A stretch of DNA of 32,000 bases from Methanothermobacter marburgensis str. Marburg (GTDB lineage Archaea; Methanobacteriota; Methanobacteria; Methanobacteriales; Methanothermobacteraceae), in the NCBI RefSeq assembly GCF_000145295.1, contig NC_014408.1, forward strand, positions 180,001-212,000. The letters run 5' to 3'. Below are positions 17,651-26,299 of the stretch, one piece after another. Made by a program: the position numbers and the translations under genes. The number at the start of each line of letters is the position of its first letter. Within the stretch, counting starts at the first letter, position 1. The notes below the pieces were generated by a model. It was not told the origin of the DNA and ran no database searches. It was given only the letters and a program-made list of their open reading frames with translations.

Positions 17651-18628
17651 TTAATTTTCAGCTGGAGAATGATCAATTAAAAATACTGTTACAGTGTCCT
17701 CTGAGGTTTTAACGGTTCTCAATTCCAGAAACTTCACAGAATCCCCGTTACAGTACTGAAGACGTTCCCACCTGGAATCATCACCCCTCTCAGCTGCCCT
17801 GACCACCTCTTTTAAATCATCCTCATGAAGACCGCTGAGCACATCCTCAATACGCTCACCACCTGCAGTCTCCAGGCCGGTTAAGACTGAGGCTGCTCTA
17901 TTGAGTTCATCAAGCTGGATACCATCCCCAACCCTGAAGTTGAGTATGGCCAGAGGGGTTGATTCAAAAATTTCCCTGAATAATTCCTCCCTTCTTTCAA
18001 GTTCAGTTATCCTTTTATCCATTTCACCAAGGACAATTTCAGATTCAAGGCGGAATGATATGTCACCTGCAAGTTCACCTAGGAGTTCCACCTCTTCAGG
18101 GTCGAATGAACCCTTCTCTGAGGAGTAAACGGTAAGGGCCCCTATGTTCTCGTCCCTGACCCTGATGGGAAGTCCCATAACAGACATGTACCCCCTGTCA
18201 ATGGCCTCATCCCTCCACGGCGCGAATGATGGATCATTCTCTGTATCCCTTATAATTACGGGTTTCCCCTCCTTTATGGACCTTCCTGTGGGCCCCTCAC
18301 TGTACCTGCCCTCACCCCAGCTCACCCTTATGGATTCAAGGTATCCCTCATGGAACCCATACTTGGTGGATTCCTCGGAGTGTGCTGATAGAAAAACAAC
18401 AGGTATATCAAGATCCTTTATCCTCTCTGCAGCCTCAACTCCACTCATGGGGCCTCTGAGGATTATGTCCATGAGAATAAGGTCTGGCCGGTGTTTCTCT
18501 GCAAGTTCAACTGCAGCCTCCCCGCTGTGGGCAATTCCGATTACATCGTAACCCTGGAATTCCAGTTTCCTCTGGAGATCCATTGCAGTTATTGCCTCAT
18601 CCTCAACCAGCAGTATCCTTGCAGTCAT
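17651..18628 (-). CDS. response-regulator receiver protein with GAF-like and PAS domains and no recognisable output domain
   Basis: The track start is GTG 18682. I prefer ATG 18628 (MTARILLVEDE...) with a GGAGGGGGG SD. REC motifs are present (LLVEDE, LILMDI, VVFLSAH). A GAF-like segment follows (GKPVIIRDTENDP...GALTVYSS), then a coiled linker and a PAS-like C-terminus. Confidence 0.8.
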   Translation of the reverse strand: MTARILLVEDEAITAMDLQRKLEFQGYDVIGIAHSGEAAVELAEKHRPDLILMDIILRGPMSGVEAAERIKDLDIPVVFLSAHSEESTKYGFHEGYLESIRVSWGEGRYSEGPTGRSIKEGKPVIIRDTENDPSFAPWRDEAIDRGYMSVMGLPIRVRDENIGALTVYSSEKGSFDPEEVELLGELAGDISFRLESEIVLGEMDKRITELERREELFREIFESTPLAILNFRVGDGIQLDELNRAASVLTGLETAGGERIEDVLSGLHEDDLKEVVRAAERGDDSRWERLQYCNGDSVKFLELRTVKTSEDTVTVFLIDHSPAEN

Positions 18629-18655
18629 ATGGAAACCCCCCTCCATGGGAAATAG

Positions 18656-18695
18656 AGATCGCATTGTATAAAAATAGATCACATTGTATAAAAAT
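18656..18695. repeat. tandem 20-bp direct repeat (AGATCGCATTGTATAAAAAT / AGATCACATTGTATAAAAAT) carrying duplicated TATA boxes
   Basis: Two adjacent 20-mers differ at one base. On the minus strand each reads ATTTTTATACAATG. The proximal copy is centred about 42 nt upstream of ATG 18628. Confidence 0.85.
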
Positions 18696-18739
18696 TTTTG
18701 GATAATGTGGAGGGATGATGCTGATAAACTGAGAATCAG

Positions 18740-19819
18740 TCAGGTAAACAGCTGATCGGCCATCCATTCTGGCCTGAATTCCATGATGTCATCATAGCCC
18801 TGACCTGTACCGAGGAATATTATGGGCTTACGGATCATGTAACCAATGGATAATGCTGCACCGCCACGGGCATCGGCATCGGCCTTGGTGAGTATAACGG
18901 CATCTATGCCCACTGCCTCATCAAATTTGGTTGCCTGTTCAATGGCATCGTTACCTGTAAGGGCATCACCAACAAATAATATGAGGTCAGGCTTCACAAC
19001 TCTCTTTATCTTGGCCATCTCATCCATGAGGTTGACGTTTGTCTGCATTCGCCCCGCCGTGTCTATTAGGACAACATCCTTTCCCTGGGCCTTCGCATGG
19101 GATACTGCATCGAAGGCCACCGCAGCAGGGTCAGCCCCCTTGCGGTGGCTTATAATTTTAACACCAAGTTTATCTGCGTGTTCATGTATCTGCTCTATCG
19201 CCCCTGCACGGAATGTATCTGCTGCAGCCATAACAGGTTCAAGACCCATCTTCATGAAGTACCTGGCCACCTTGGCGATGGTGGTTGTCTTACCTGTACC
19301 GTTTATACCCACGAACATTATAACAAGGGGCTTCCTTTTTTCTGCAAGTTCTCTGATTTTAACTCCATCAACACTCAGAACATCCATGACGGCCTTTTTA
19401 AGGGCTTCCCTTGTGTAGTCTGAGATCTCGGTACTCCTCTTAACCTTCTTACCAACCAGCTCCTCCCTGAGTTCCTCAACGATTCTTTCAGCCACTTCAA
19501 GGGCCACGTCACTTTCAAGGAGGGCCATTTCCAGTTCCCAGAGGACGTCCTCAACGTCCTTCTCTGATATCTTCTTTTCCCTGAAAAATGAAAGGAAACC
19601 TGAGCCCTCTTCATCGCTCCGGTCATCGGTTTTATCATCCTCTGATTCTGGAATGGGAGTCTCAGATTCTGTCTTCTCGGTTTCAGCAGCTGCCACAGGC
19701 TCAGGGCGGCTATCTTCTGGGGAAACCTTCTCATCCTCAGATGGGGCTTCAGCACCTGAGACCTTTTCGGTGATCTTCCCCACTGTTTCAGTGAATTTTT
19801 TCTTCAGAGATTCAAACAC
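18740..19819 (-). CDS. ftsY: signal-recognition-particle receptor FtsY
   Basis: 359-aa ORF with an acidic N-terminal domain followed by the NG domain motifs GINGTGKTT, DTAGR and TKADA. The GTG start immediately follows the pfdA TAA. Confidence 0.95.
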   Translation of the reverse strand: MFESLKKKFTETVGKITEKVSGAEAPSEDEKVSPEDSRPEPVAAAETEKTESETPIPESEDDKTDDRSDEEGSGFLSFFREKKISEKDVEDVLWELEMALLESDVALEVAERIVEELREELVGKKVKRSTEISDYTREALKKAVMDVLSVDGVKIRELAEKRKPLVIMFVGINGTGKTTTIAKVARYFMKMGLEPVMAAADTFRAGAIEQIHEHADKLGVKIISHRKGADPAAVAFDAVSHAKAQGKDVVLIDTAGRMQTNVNLMDEMAKIKRVVKPDLILFVGDALTGNDAIEQATKFDEAVGIDAVILTKADADARGGAALSIGYMIRKPIIFLGTGQGYDDIMEFRPEWMADQLFT

Positions 19820-20245
19820 TTACTCCTCACTTCCCCTTACCCTTTTAAGGAGTTCCTCTGCCTGAGGAGATAACTTGAGGATGATGTCGGTTATCTTGCG
19901 GAGGTTCTCACCCATCTTCTGGAGTGTTGCCTCAAGTTCCTTCTTCTGCGAGTCGATGGTTTTCATGGCGTCCTCAAAGTTCTTCTTTATGGCAACACCA
20001 GCACCAACACTCATTATGACCTCGCTTGTCTCCTTGAGTTCTGCCTTTATGAAGGAACCGGCACCAACAGGTACAAGGGTTTCGGAGCCTTCCTTTTCCT
20101 GGATGTCCTTCAGTGTGTTTTCAAGTATCTCCAGTTCACTGATCGTTGCCCGGACAGCCTCCATCTGCTGCTGGATGAGTTCTGCCTGGCTCTGGTAAAT
20201 GTTGAGCTGGTTCACTATCTCCTCAAGTTTCTGCTGGTCTTCCAT
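19820..20245 (-). CDS. pfdA: prefoldin alpha subunit
   Basis: 141-aa ORF with coiled-coil ends flanking a beta-hairpin core ([26 protein letters not shown]). Confidence 0.9.
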   Translation of the reverse strand: MEDQQKLEEIVNQLNIYQSQAELIQQQMEAVRATISELEILENTLKDIQEKEGSETLVPVGAGSFIKAELKETSEVIMSVGAGVAIKKNFEDAMKTIDSQKKELEATLQKMGENLRKITDIILKLSPQAEELLKRVRGSEE

Positions 20246-20249
20246 GGGA

Positions 20250-20480
20250 TCACCTCTGGACCAGCGCCCTGACCACCGGGTCCTCTACCTCCTCGGGTGA
20301 TATCTCCTCTATCTCCTCAATCATAACCTTGCTTCTCGGAACCCTGTGTTTACTTCCGAATTCTGAGTAGAGTCTTTCGTAGATCTCCTCTTCCTTTATT
20401 GCCTTGAGTTCCTTTGTGAATGGCTGAAGTTTATCACCCATCTGGAACTTTCCTTTAACCCTAAATATCTTCGTTTTCAT
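20250..20480 (-). CDS. rplX: 50S ribosomal protein LX (L18Ae/L20A family)
   Basis: 76-aa ORF starting [12 protein letters not shown].., in the conserved position between eif6 and pfdA. Confidence 0.85.
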   Translation of the reverse strand: MKTKIFRVKGKFQMGDKLQPFTKELKAIKEEEIYERLYSEFGSKHRVPRSKVMIEEIEEISPEEVEDPVVRALVQR

Positions 20481-20483
20481 TTT

Positions 20484-21152
20484 TCATCCCTCAAGAAAAC
20501 CTAAAGCTTCTTCTATCCTTGCAAGTTCAGGTCCTGTGGTTTCTTCACCCACAAGGACACCATTTGAGTTGGCTGCTGAGCAGGCACCTACCAGTGCTAC
20601 CCCATGGTTGACGGTGCCAACATCTGCCTCCACTCCCAAAGCCCCCTCAATAACCCTCATTTCATCCTCTGAGGTGTGGGGGTGCAGGAGTGCTCCGCGG
20701 TTGGTCACAGCCCCCAGGGATCCTATGATGTTGAGGCCTGCAACTGTGGATACCTTAACATCAACCTCAAGAACATCCCCTATAACATTCAGGGCATCCT
20801 CTGATAGCAGTGGACTTGCAACAGCACCATTATCATTGGCCAGAACAAGGTTGCCAACTGCTGTGAACCTGTCGGGGATGCGGGTAACCTCAAGACCTGC
20901 AGCCATGAGCGCCTCAACTTCACGGTCCATGGCCTGGTTTGAAACCACGAAACCGTTTGAATTTCCGGCTGAAAGCGCCCCGTTGAGGCTGCTGCCACTG
21001 AGGGATGTCCTCAGGACTTCAACTTCAAGGGCCTCCCTCAGTGCATCCTCAAATTTTGGGGATGCATTCACAGGTATGAGGGCCACACTGTCAGTTACAG
21101 AGATGTAGACTCCAAGGTTGGGGTTTCCGCTGAGGTTGATCCTTCTGATCAT
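20484..21152 (-). CDS. eif6: translation initiation factor 6 (aIF6)
   Basis: 222-aa ORF with the repetitive pentein-like pattern (GNPNLGVY.., NSNGFVV, NDNGAVASP, TNRGALLHP, NSNGVLVG). Confidence 0.9.
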   Translation of the reverse strand: MIRRINLSGNPNLGVYISVTDSVALIPVNASPKFEDALREALEVEVLRTSLSGSSLNGALSAGNSNGFVVSNQAMDREVEALMAAGLEVTRIPDRFTAVGNLVLANDNGAVASPLLSEDALNVIGDVLEVDVKVSTVAGLNIIGSLGAVTNRGALLHPHTSEDEMRVIEGALGVEADVGTVNHGVALVGACSAANSNGVLVGEETTGPELARIEEALGFLEG

Positions 21153-21166
21153 AATCCACCATTTTT

Positions 21167-21412
21167 TTATTCTTCGAGAATGGCTTCCACCACGCCGTCC
21201 TCATCCTTGACGGCTCTGACCTTTATCCTGGGGGGAATCTTCTGGATACCCCTCTCCCAGATTTTTTCGTTGATGGATTCATCAATTTTAACAGTGTCTG
21301 TCTTCATGTGTTTCATGAGAAATTCCCTGACAATCTTAACAGCCTTCGGTGCTCTTATGGTTCTTGGAACTTCCTTTGCCTTCCTAAGGGGTATAACGTA
21401 AATTCTCTCCAT
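21167..21412 (-). CDS. rpl31e: 50S ribosomal protein L31e
   Basis: 81-aa ORF starting [12 protein letters not shown].., with a GGAGG SD upstream. Confidence 0.9.
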   Translation of the reverse strand: MERIYVIPLRKAKEVPRTIRAPKAVKIVREFLMKHMKTDTVKIDESINEKIWERGIQKIPPRIKVRAVKDEDGVVEAILEE

Positions 21413-21425
21413 GTTAAGATCCCTC

Positions 21426-21581
21426 CTACACCTTGAGTTTGGTCCTTCTCCAGTGCCTCATCTTTGGATGGCTTCTGACCCTGTAATTGGTTTTAACCAT
21501 CACCCATGCGGGCACCCTTCTGTTCTGTCTGTTAGCCTTCGCCATTCTAAGTTTTCTGGCAACATGTTTGTTTCTACTCAT
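21426..21581 (-). CDS. rpl39e: 50S ribosomal protein L39e
   Basis: Below the track's size cutoff. My translation is [51 protein letters not shown] (51 aa). The ATG directly abuts the stop of the upstream PP-loop gene. Confidence 0.9.
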   Translation of the reverse strand: MSRNKHVARKLRMAKANRQNRRVPAWVMVKTNYRVRSHPKMRHWRRTKLKV

Positions 21582-22184
21582 TCAGCATCCTCCTTGCTGT
21601 GAATCTTTCCAGCCAGTCACCCTGGTCTGGAAGTGAACGGGGAAGAATGTCTCTGATCTGCAGCCCATCTTCTCCATGAGGAGGCGAACCTCAACCTCAT
21701 AGTCGGAGCTGTTTTCAGGATTACTCTTCTCCCTTTTAAGCGTGAATAACTCTGAAGCGAATCTGTTGATGGTCCTGTGACCAAAACCATCAAGGTTCAC
21801 GTATTCAACATCCCTACGGTCTTCAAGGCTCTGTATTTCATTTCTTGTAAGCTTGGGGGTCCTGTCGTCACGTCGCGTTCCATCAGCAACCAGATCGTAC
21901 TCAACTGCAGCGGCCTCAACGGCGCTTCTGTGTATATGCATTATACCGTTATTGGGGAACCCATCATTTATTATCATTTCAGTGGCTTCCCTGAGCACAT
22001 CCCCACTGAGTTCAAGGACCCTGTGTTTAAAGCCCAGGGCATCTGCCGCCATGGATGCGGGCCTCCAGGAATCATAGACACCAAAGTTCACAGTTACAAG
22101 TTCAGCCTGGATCCCCATCCTCTGGAGCATCACAGCCATCAGTGAGCTGTCCTTACCACCACTGTAGAGTACGCATGCATTCAT
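21582..22184 (-). CDS. PP-loop superfamily ATP pyrophosphatase, function unknown (about 200-aa archaeal type)
   Basis: 200-aa ORF with the N-terminal VLYSGGKDSS (SGGKDS PP-loop). Its ATG overlaps the stop of the PDCD5-like gene (ATGA). Confidence 0.75.
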   Translation of the reverse strand: MNACVLYSGGKDSSLMAVMLQRMGIQAELVTVNFGVYDSWRPASMAADALGFKHRVLELSGDVLREATEMIINDGFPNNGIMHIHRSAVEAAAVEYDLVADGTRRDDRTPKLTRNEIQSLEDRRDVEYVNLDGFGHRTINRFASELFTLKREKSNPENSSDYEVEVRLLMEKMGCRSETFFPVHFQTRVTGWKDSQQGGC

Positions 22185-22516
22185 TTTCTACTGATCTTTA
22201 TCTCCCTTTTTTTGCCAGAAACTCTCTTGAGCAACTCCTTGAGCTGTTCGTCTGTTATCTTTGACCTCACACGACCCATCTGGGCCAGCTGTATCAGCTG
22301 GAGTTCTATCTGCTCAACGAATTCTGGCCTTGTAAGCCTCAGATTCGCAAGACGGCTGCGGGCTTCAGGGGTGAGTATCTGCATCATTATCTGTTTCTTC
22401 TGCATTTCAAGCTGCTGACGCATCTGCTCCTGGGCTTCAGTTTCCATTGCCTGCTGCTGTGCCCTCTGCTGGAGTTCCAGCATTTTTTTGCGACGTATTT
22501 CTTCGAGGTCTGTCAA
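22181..22516 (-). CDS. PDCD5/TFAR19-like DNA-binding protein
   Basis: 111-aa helical, Q/E/K-rich ORF with the conserved ILTPEARSRLANL segment. The start is TTG, with GGAGG 8 nt upstream. Confidence 0.85.
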   Translation of the reverse strand: MTDLEEIRRKKMLELQQRAQQQAMETEAQEQMRQQLEMQKKQIMMQILTPEARSRLANLRLTRPEFVEQIELQLIQLAQMGRVRSKITDEQLKELLKRVSGKKREIKISRK

Positions 22517-22546
22517 TTAGAAAACCTCCCAGGCCCCTTCAGGTTT

Positions 22547-22981
22547 TCAGTAATTTTCAAGGCCTTCAACTTCTTTTTTTACTTCAGCAGCAGCCTTATC
22601 CAGGAATGAACGGCCTTCAGGTGTTATGACTCTCCCACCATCCTCCTTTGTTATGAGGCCTGATTCCTCAAGCTGCTGAAGGGCTCTCCTTATTATCGCA
22701 CCGCTTCCCCTTCTGAACCTTTCTGGACGTGAACCCCTATCCTTTTTACCACCGTAGTGGGTTCTGAGGCTGTTAACACCCACGGGCCCGTCGATATAGA
22801 CCCTCCTCAGAAGGGCAGCTGCCCTCACATACCACCAGTCAGGGTTCTCGGGCCTTCTTTCCTTGTGGACACCTGTCTTGACAAAGTTAACCCACTCAGG
22901 GGATTTAACCTTACCATCCTTAAGGTCCTCGGCAACCTTATTTATAAGCAGATCTGCTGGCACATCATAAACTGTAGTCAT
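22547..22981 (-). CDS. rps19e: 30S ribosomal protein S19e
   Basis: 144-aa ORF starting [13 protein letters not shown].., with [10 protein letters not shown] and [10 protein letters not shown]. Confidence 0.93.
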   Translation of the reverse strand: MTTVYDVPADLLINKVAEDLKDGKVKSPEWVNFVKTGVHKERRPENPDWWYVRAAALLRRVYIDGPVGVNSLRTHYGGKKDRGSRPERFRRGSGAIIRRALQQLEESGLITKEDGGRVITPEGRSFLDKAAAEVKKEVEGLENY

Positions 22982-22991
22982 ATTTATCCTC

Positions 22992-23255
22992 CTAAGATCT
23001 TTTTTTGAAAATTATTGCCACATTTCCTCTTAAATCTATGAGCTCAGAATTTGTTTTTTCAACTATCTCGGTAATATAGCTTTCTTTTTCTGAGGCCACT
23101 GTCCTGGCAAATCTTACCTTTATAAGTTCATTTGCCTTTAACTGCCTCCTGACCTCTTCAATGAGACTTTCAGTCACCCCGGCCTTTCCCACGTTTATTG
23201 TGAGCGCCGAAAGTGACCGGCTCATCAGCTCCTTTTTTGATGGTGTGAGACTCAA
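22992..23255 (-). CDS. YhbY-like CRM-domain RNA-binding protein
   Basis: 87-aa ORF. The pattern [33 protein letters not shown]...ELIKV matches the YhbY/CRS1 domain. The start is TTG 23255, with an AGGAGA SD 8 nt upstream. Confidence 0.85.
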   Translation of the reverse strand: MSLTPSKKELMSRSLSALTINVGKAGVTESLIEEVRRQLKANELIKVRFARTVASEKESYITEIVEKTNSELIDLRGNVAIIFKKRS

Positions 23256-23589
23256 TTTTATTTCTCCTTTTCTCCTTTTTTTCCTGAATGTAGGGGAATC
23301 TCATGATGTGACCGCACTCATGACACCTAAAATTAACCTTCCCACCGGATATCCTGACGGTGCAGTTTGAACCTGGTTTGAGGAAGCTGTAACACCTCCT
23401 GCAGAACCTCCTTCTCCACTCTCTGGGAATCCTTACACGGTACTTCATGGATATGTTTCTTGCAAGTTCGGTGTACCTGTGCGATCTCCCCGGGTTGGCT
23501 GCAAATTCACGGTCAGCCATTCTGAAGAGGATGTCTATTCTCTCACGGGCAATCTTCAGCATCCATCCGGGTCTCTTTCCTCTCCTCAA
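23170..23589 (-). CDS. rnp4: RNase P protein component Rpp21 (Rnp4)
   Basis: 139-aa ORF with the N-terminal [10 protein letters not shown] helix and a zinc ribbon (CRRCYSF...CHECGH). The start is TTG 23589, with ATG 23562 as an alternative. Its last 86 nt overlap yhbY-like in another frame. Confidence 0.85.
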   Translation of the reverse strand: MRRGKRPGWMLKIARERIDILFRMADREFAANPGRSHRYTELARNISMKYRVRIPREWRRRFCRRCYSFLKPGSNCTVRISGGKVNFRCHECGHIMRFPYIQEKKEKRRNKIESHTIKKGADEPVTFGAHNKRGKGRGD

Positions 23590-23711
23590 GGTTTAACCTC
23601 TCACAACGGAATAGAACATCCCTGATCTTGCACATTAAGATGGTGTTGTAACTTAAGCACAAGAAGAATATTATAAGTGGTTTGTGTTTCCATATTTAAA
23701 AAGCTTTTCCA

Positions 23712-24236
23712 TCAACCAAGGAGCCATCCTGAGAAGTCAACCCCACCCGGCGGGCACACCCTGGAACCACTTATAATATCCATAATGATCTCTGCAACCT
23801 CCCTGGCTGATCTGCCGGTTGTATCAACCTCATGGACCCTATCACCATGGATCTCAACAGCCTCCACCAGGCAGACGTCCAGGGCCTCGGCCTCAAGGTT
23901 TTCAGCGATCTTCTCCTCAGGGTAACCCCTTGCCTTAAGGCGCCCCTCAAGGATTTTGGGGTGGAGCCTCAGCACTATCACCATACTGCAGCAGCTGCAG
24001 AGGTGGGAGAGGTGACCCTCGAGTATGGCACCGTCACCCTCAAGGCCCTTAACGTGGCTGCAGAGGGATTCAATGTCCACCTCAAGGTAACCACGGTCAG
24101 GGTTCCTTCCAAGGATGAAACCCTCCTCCAGCGCAAGTTCACCCACAGAAAGGACTCTGAAACCGGAATCCCTGAGAATTTCAGCCACGGTACTCTTACC
24201 AACACCGGGGGTGCCTGTTATGCAGATGGGCCTCAT
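23712..24236 (-). CDS. Fap7 / adenylate kinase isoenzyme-6-like NTPase (small-subunit ribosome biogenesis)
   Basis: 174-aa ORF with the P-loop ITGTPGVGKST at the N-terminus and a size typical of the family. Its ATG shares one base with the thi4 TAA (TAATG). Confidence 0.8.
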   Translation of the reverse strand: MRPICITGTPGVGKSTVAEILRDSGFRVLSVGELALEEGFILGRNPDRGYLEVDIESLCSHVKGLEGDGAILEGHLSHLCSCCSMVIVLRLHPKILEGRLKARGYPEEKIAENLEAEALDVCLVEAVEIHGDRVHEVDTTGRSAREVAEIIMDIISGSRVCPPGGVDFSGWLLG

Positions 24237-25012
24237 TATTTCAGCTTTTCAATTATCATCTCTGCAACCCTTCGACCTGAGACCAGCATACCCCCGAATA
24301 TGGGGCCCATACGTGGGGCGCCGTAAACTGCGTTGCTCGCCATACCGGCCACATAGAGGTTGGGGTAAACCTCACGGGTGTTCTCTATGAGGGCGGCCTC
24401 ACCCACATCTGCCCACATTGACCTCTCACCCTGTATCCTGCCATCAGCTGTGTTGAGTTCAGGGCCTATCTTCCGCTCCACAACCTTCACTATCTCACAG
24501 TCATGGCCAGTTGCATCTATAACCGCCCCCGCCCTCACGGTGAGGGGATCAACGTGGAGTCCGGCCATCTCAACAGAGCTCCAGTTAAGCACAAGACCCG
24601 TTATGCCCTCATCACGGATCATAACATCCTCTATGCTCATGAGGTTGAATATCTTGAGTCCTGCCTGGCATGCCCTTGAGCAGAGGGTTGATGTTGCCTC
24701 AACAGAGTCTGCAACGTGGTATCCCTCATCATAGGGTCTTGACCTTACACCGAACTCATCCAGGATCTCCTTACCCTCATCCTGGACAACGATCTTGTTG
24801 AACATCATACCGCCTCCCCACATACCCCCACCTATGGAGAGTTTTCTCTCAAACAGGGCAACCTTCAGGCCCGCCCTTGCAAGGTAGTAACCTGCTGTAA
24901 GTCCGGAGGGTCCCCCTCCACCAATCGCAACGTCCATGTCCATGTAGTCCAGGAGTTCCTCCATGTATCCTTCAACAATGGCTCTTGAAATTTTTATATC
25001 ATCAAGTTTCAT
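24236..25012 (-). CDS. thi4: thiazole synthase Thi4 (thiamine thiazole biosynthesis)
   Basis: The track ORF starts at 25048. I prefer ATG 25012 ([13 protein letters not shown]..), which has a GGTG SD 6 nt upstream. The motifs are [11 protein letters not shown] (dinucleotide fold) and DATGHD. Confidence 0.9.
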   Translation of the reverse strand: MKLDDIKISRAIVEGYMEELLDYMDMDVAIGGGGPSGLTAGYYLARAGLKVALFERKLSIGGGMWGGGMMFNKIVVQDEGKEILDEFGVRSRPYDEGYHVADSVEATSTLCSRACQAGLKIFNLMSIEDVMIRDEGITGLVLNWSSVEMAGLHVDPLTVRAGAVIDATGHDCEIVKVVERKIGPELNTADGRIQGERSMWADVGEAALIENTREVYPNLYVAGMASNAVYGAPRMGPIFGGMLVSGRRVAEMIIEKLK

Positions 25013-25031
25013 CTTCACACCTTCAAATGAT

Positions 25032-25050
25032 ATGTGTTCATGATACACAT
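25032..25050. promoter_or_regulatory. inverted repeat ATGTGT-N7-ACACAT overlapping the thi4 TATA/TSS region
   Basis: Perfect 6-bp arms (25032-37 and 25045-50) sit in the 62-bp spacer. The minus-strand AATTAAAATG TATA-like element (25048-57) overlaps the right arm. Confidence 0.3.
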
Positions 25051-25074
25051 TTTAATTGTTCCCCGGATGGGAGT

Positions 25075-26169
25075 TCACTTCTTTATGATGATCCTCAGCA
25101 CATCCTCATCGTTGAGGACATGGTCGATTCCGACCTTCTGACCGTCAAATTTAACCGAGCTGCCCCAGACCCTGGCGTGCCGGAATTTACGGACAAAGTC
25201 TCTGTGGAGTTTCTGACACACGTCACCAACGGTTGAACCCTCTTTAATTATTAAAGGCTCACTGTAGTCTGCCTTCTGTCCCTGTGGCTTCATGTATATC
25301 CTTATAAGCCCAAGGCGGTTAAATATTTCCTCCCTGAGCCCATCAATGTTCAGTTTCCTGTCTGCAGATATCAGCAGGGCGTCAGGGAATTCATGCTTTA
25401 TATGGTTCAGATAGGATTCATCCACAAGGTCTATCTTGTTTATAACTGTGATGGCAGGTATGTAGGCACGGTTTGCCTCCATAACATCTATGAACTGGTC
25501 AACGGTTATATCCTCCCTTATGAGCACATCGGCATTGTGGATGCCATACTCATTGAGCACAGAGCGTATGATCCTCTCATCCAGGTGGGTCAGTTCAACT
25601 GTTGATGATAGCTTCACCCCACCCAGCTTTCTCCTCTTCACGGTCACATCAGGGGGCGTCTCGTTGGGCCTTATGCCAACATCACGAAGTTCACGTAGGA
25701 TCACATTCATGTGGTCCGTGTTGAAGACATCAAGGACTATGACTATGAGGTCAGCGCTCCTTGCAACCGACAGTATCTCCCTTCCACGGCCCTTACCGCG
25801 GGAAGCACCTGTGATTATCCCGGGTATGTCGAAGATCTGTATCTGGGCCCCCCGGTACTCCATCACACCAGGTACTATTTCAAGGGTTGTGAACTGGTAC
25901 TCCCCAACCTTTGACTCTGCATTGGTGAGTTCGTTGAGGAGGGTGGATTTACCGACAGAGGGGAAACCTATGAGGACAACGGTGGAGTCCCCTGACTTTT
26001 TTATATGGAATCCCTTCCCCTTCCCTGAGGACGACCTTCGCTGGAGTGCCTCCTCCTTCAGGCGGGAGATCTTTGCCTTCAGTTTCCCTATATGGTGTGC
26101 TGTGGCCTTGTTGTAGGGGGTCCTCTGTATCTCCTCTTCTATCCTTTTGATCTTCTCCTCGATATCCAT
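25075..26169 (-). CDS. DRG-family (Obg-like) GTP-binding protein with a TGS domain
   Basis: The track ORF starts at 26217. I prefer ATG 26169 ([14 protein letters not shown]..). The GTPase motifs are G1 [10 protein letters not shown]3 DIPG and G4 NKID. The C-terminus is TGS-like. Confidence 0.9.
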   Translation of the reverse strand: MDIEEKIKRIEEEIQRTPYNKATAHHIGKLKAKISRLKEEALQRRSSSGKGKGFHIKKSGDSTVVLIGFPSVGKSTLLNELTNAESKVGEYQFTTLEIVPGVMEYRGAQIQIFDIPGIITGASRGKGRGREILSVARSADLIVIVLDVFNTDHMNVILRELRDVGIRPNETPPDVTVKRRKLGGVKLSSTVELTHLDERIIRSVLNEYGIHNADVLIREDITVDQFIDVMEANRAYIPAITVINKIDLVDESYLNHIKHEFPDALLISADRKLNIDGLREEIFNRLGLIRIYMKPQGQKADYSEPLIIKEGSTVGDVCQKLHRDFVRKFRHARVWGSSVKFDGQKVGIDHVLNDEDVLRIIIKK

Positions 26170-26299
26170 AATACTCACATGAACATTGTTGAAGCGGGGC
26201 AAAATCAGTGTAATCATTCAATGTTCTCTAATCCACATTATTAAATATTTTCCCTTATAATTTTATATCATAAGATTCATAATATACCACGGTGATTTT

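Noticed and set aside
23590-23711. A 29-aa upstream ORF or small RNA in the rpp21 leader region.
   Set aside because: The ATG sits directly on the best TATA element (TTTTTAAATATG), so it could not be within the transcript from that promoter. No C/D or H/ACA box pattern is present.
25013-25074. A TPP riboswitch upstream of thi4.
   Set aside because: The spacer is only 62 bp, most of it promoter and SD. It lacks the conserved CUGAGA and pyrimidine-sensing elements.
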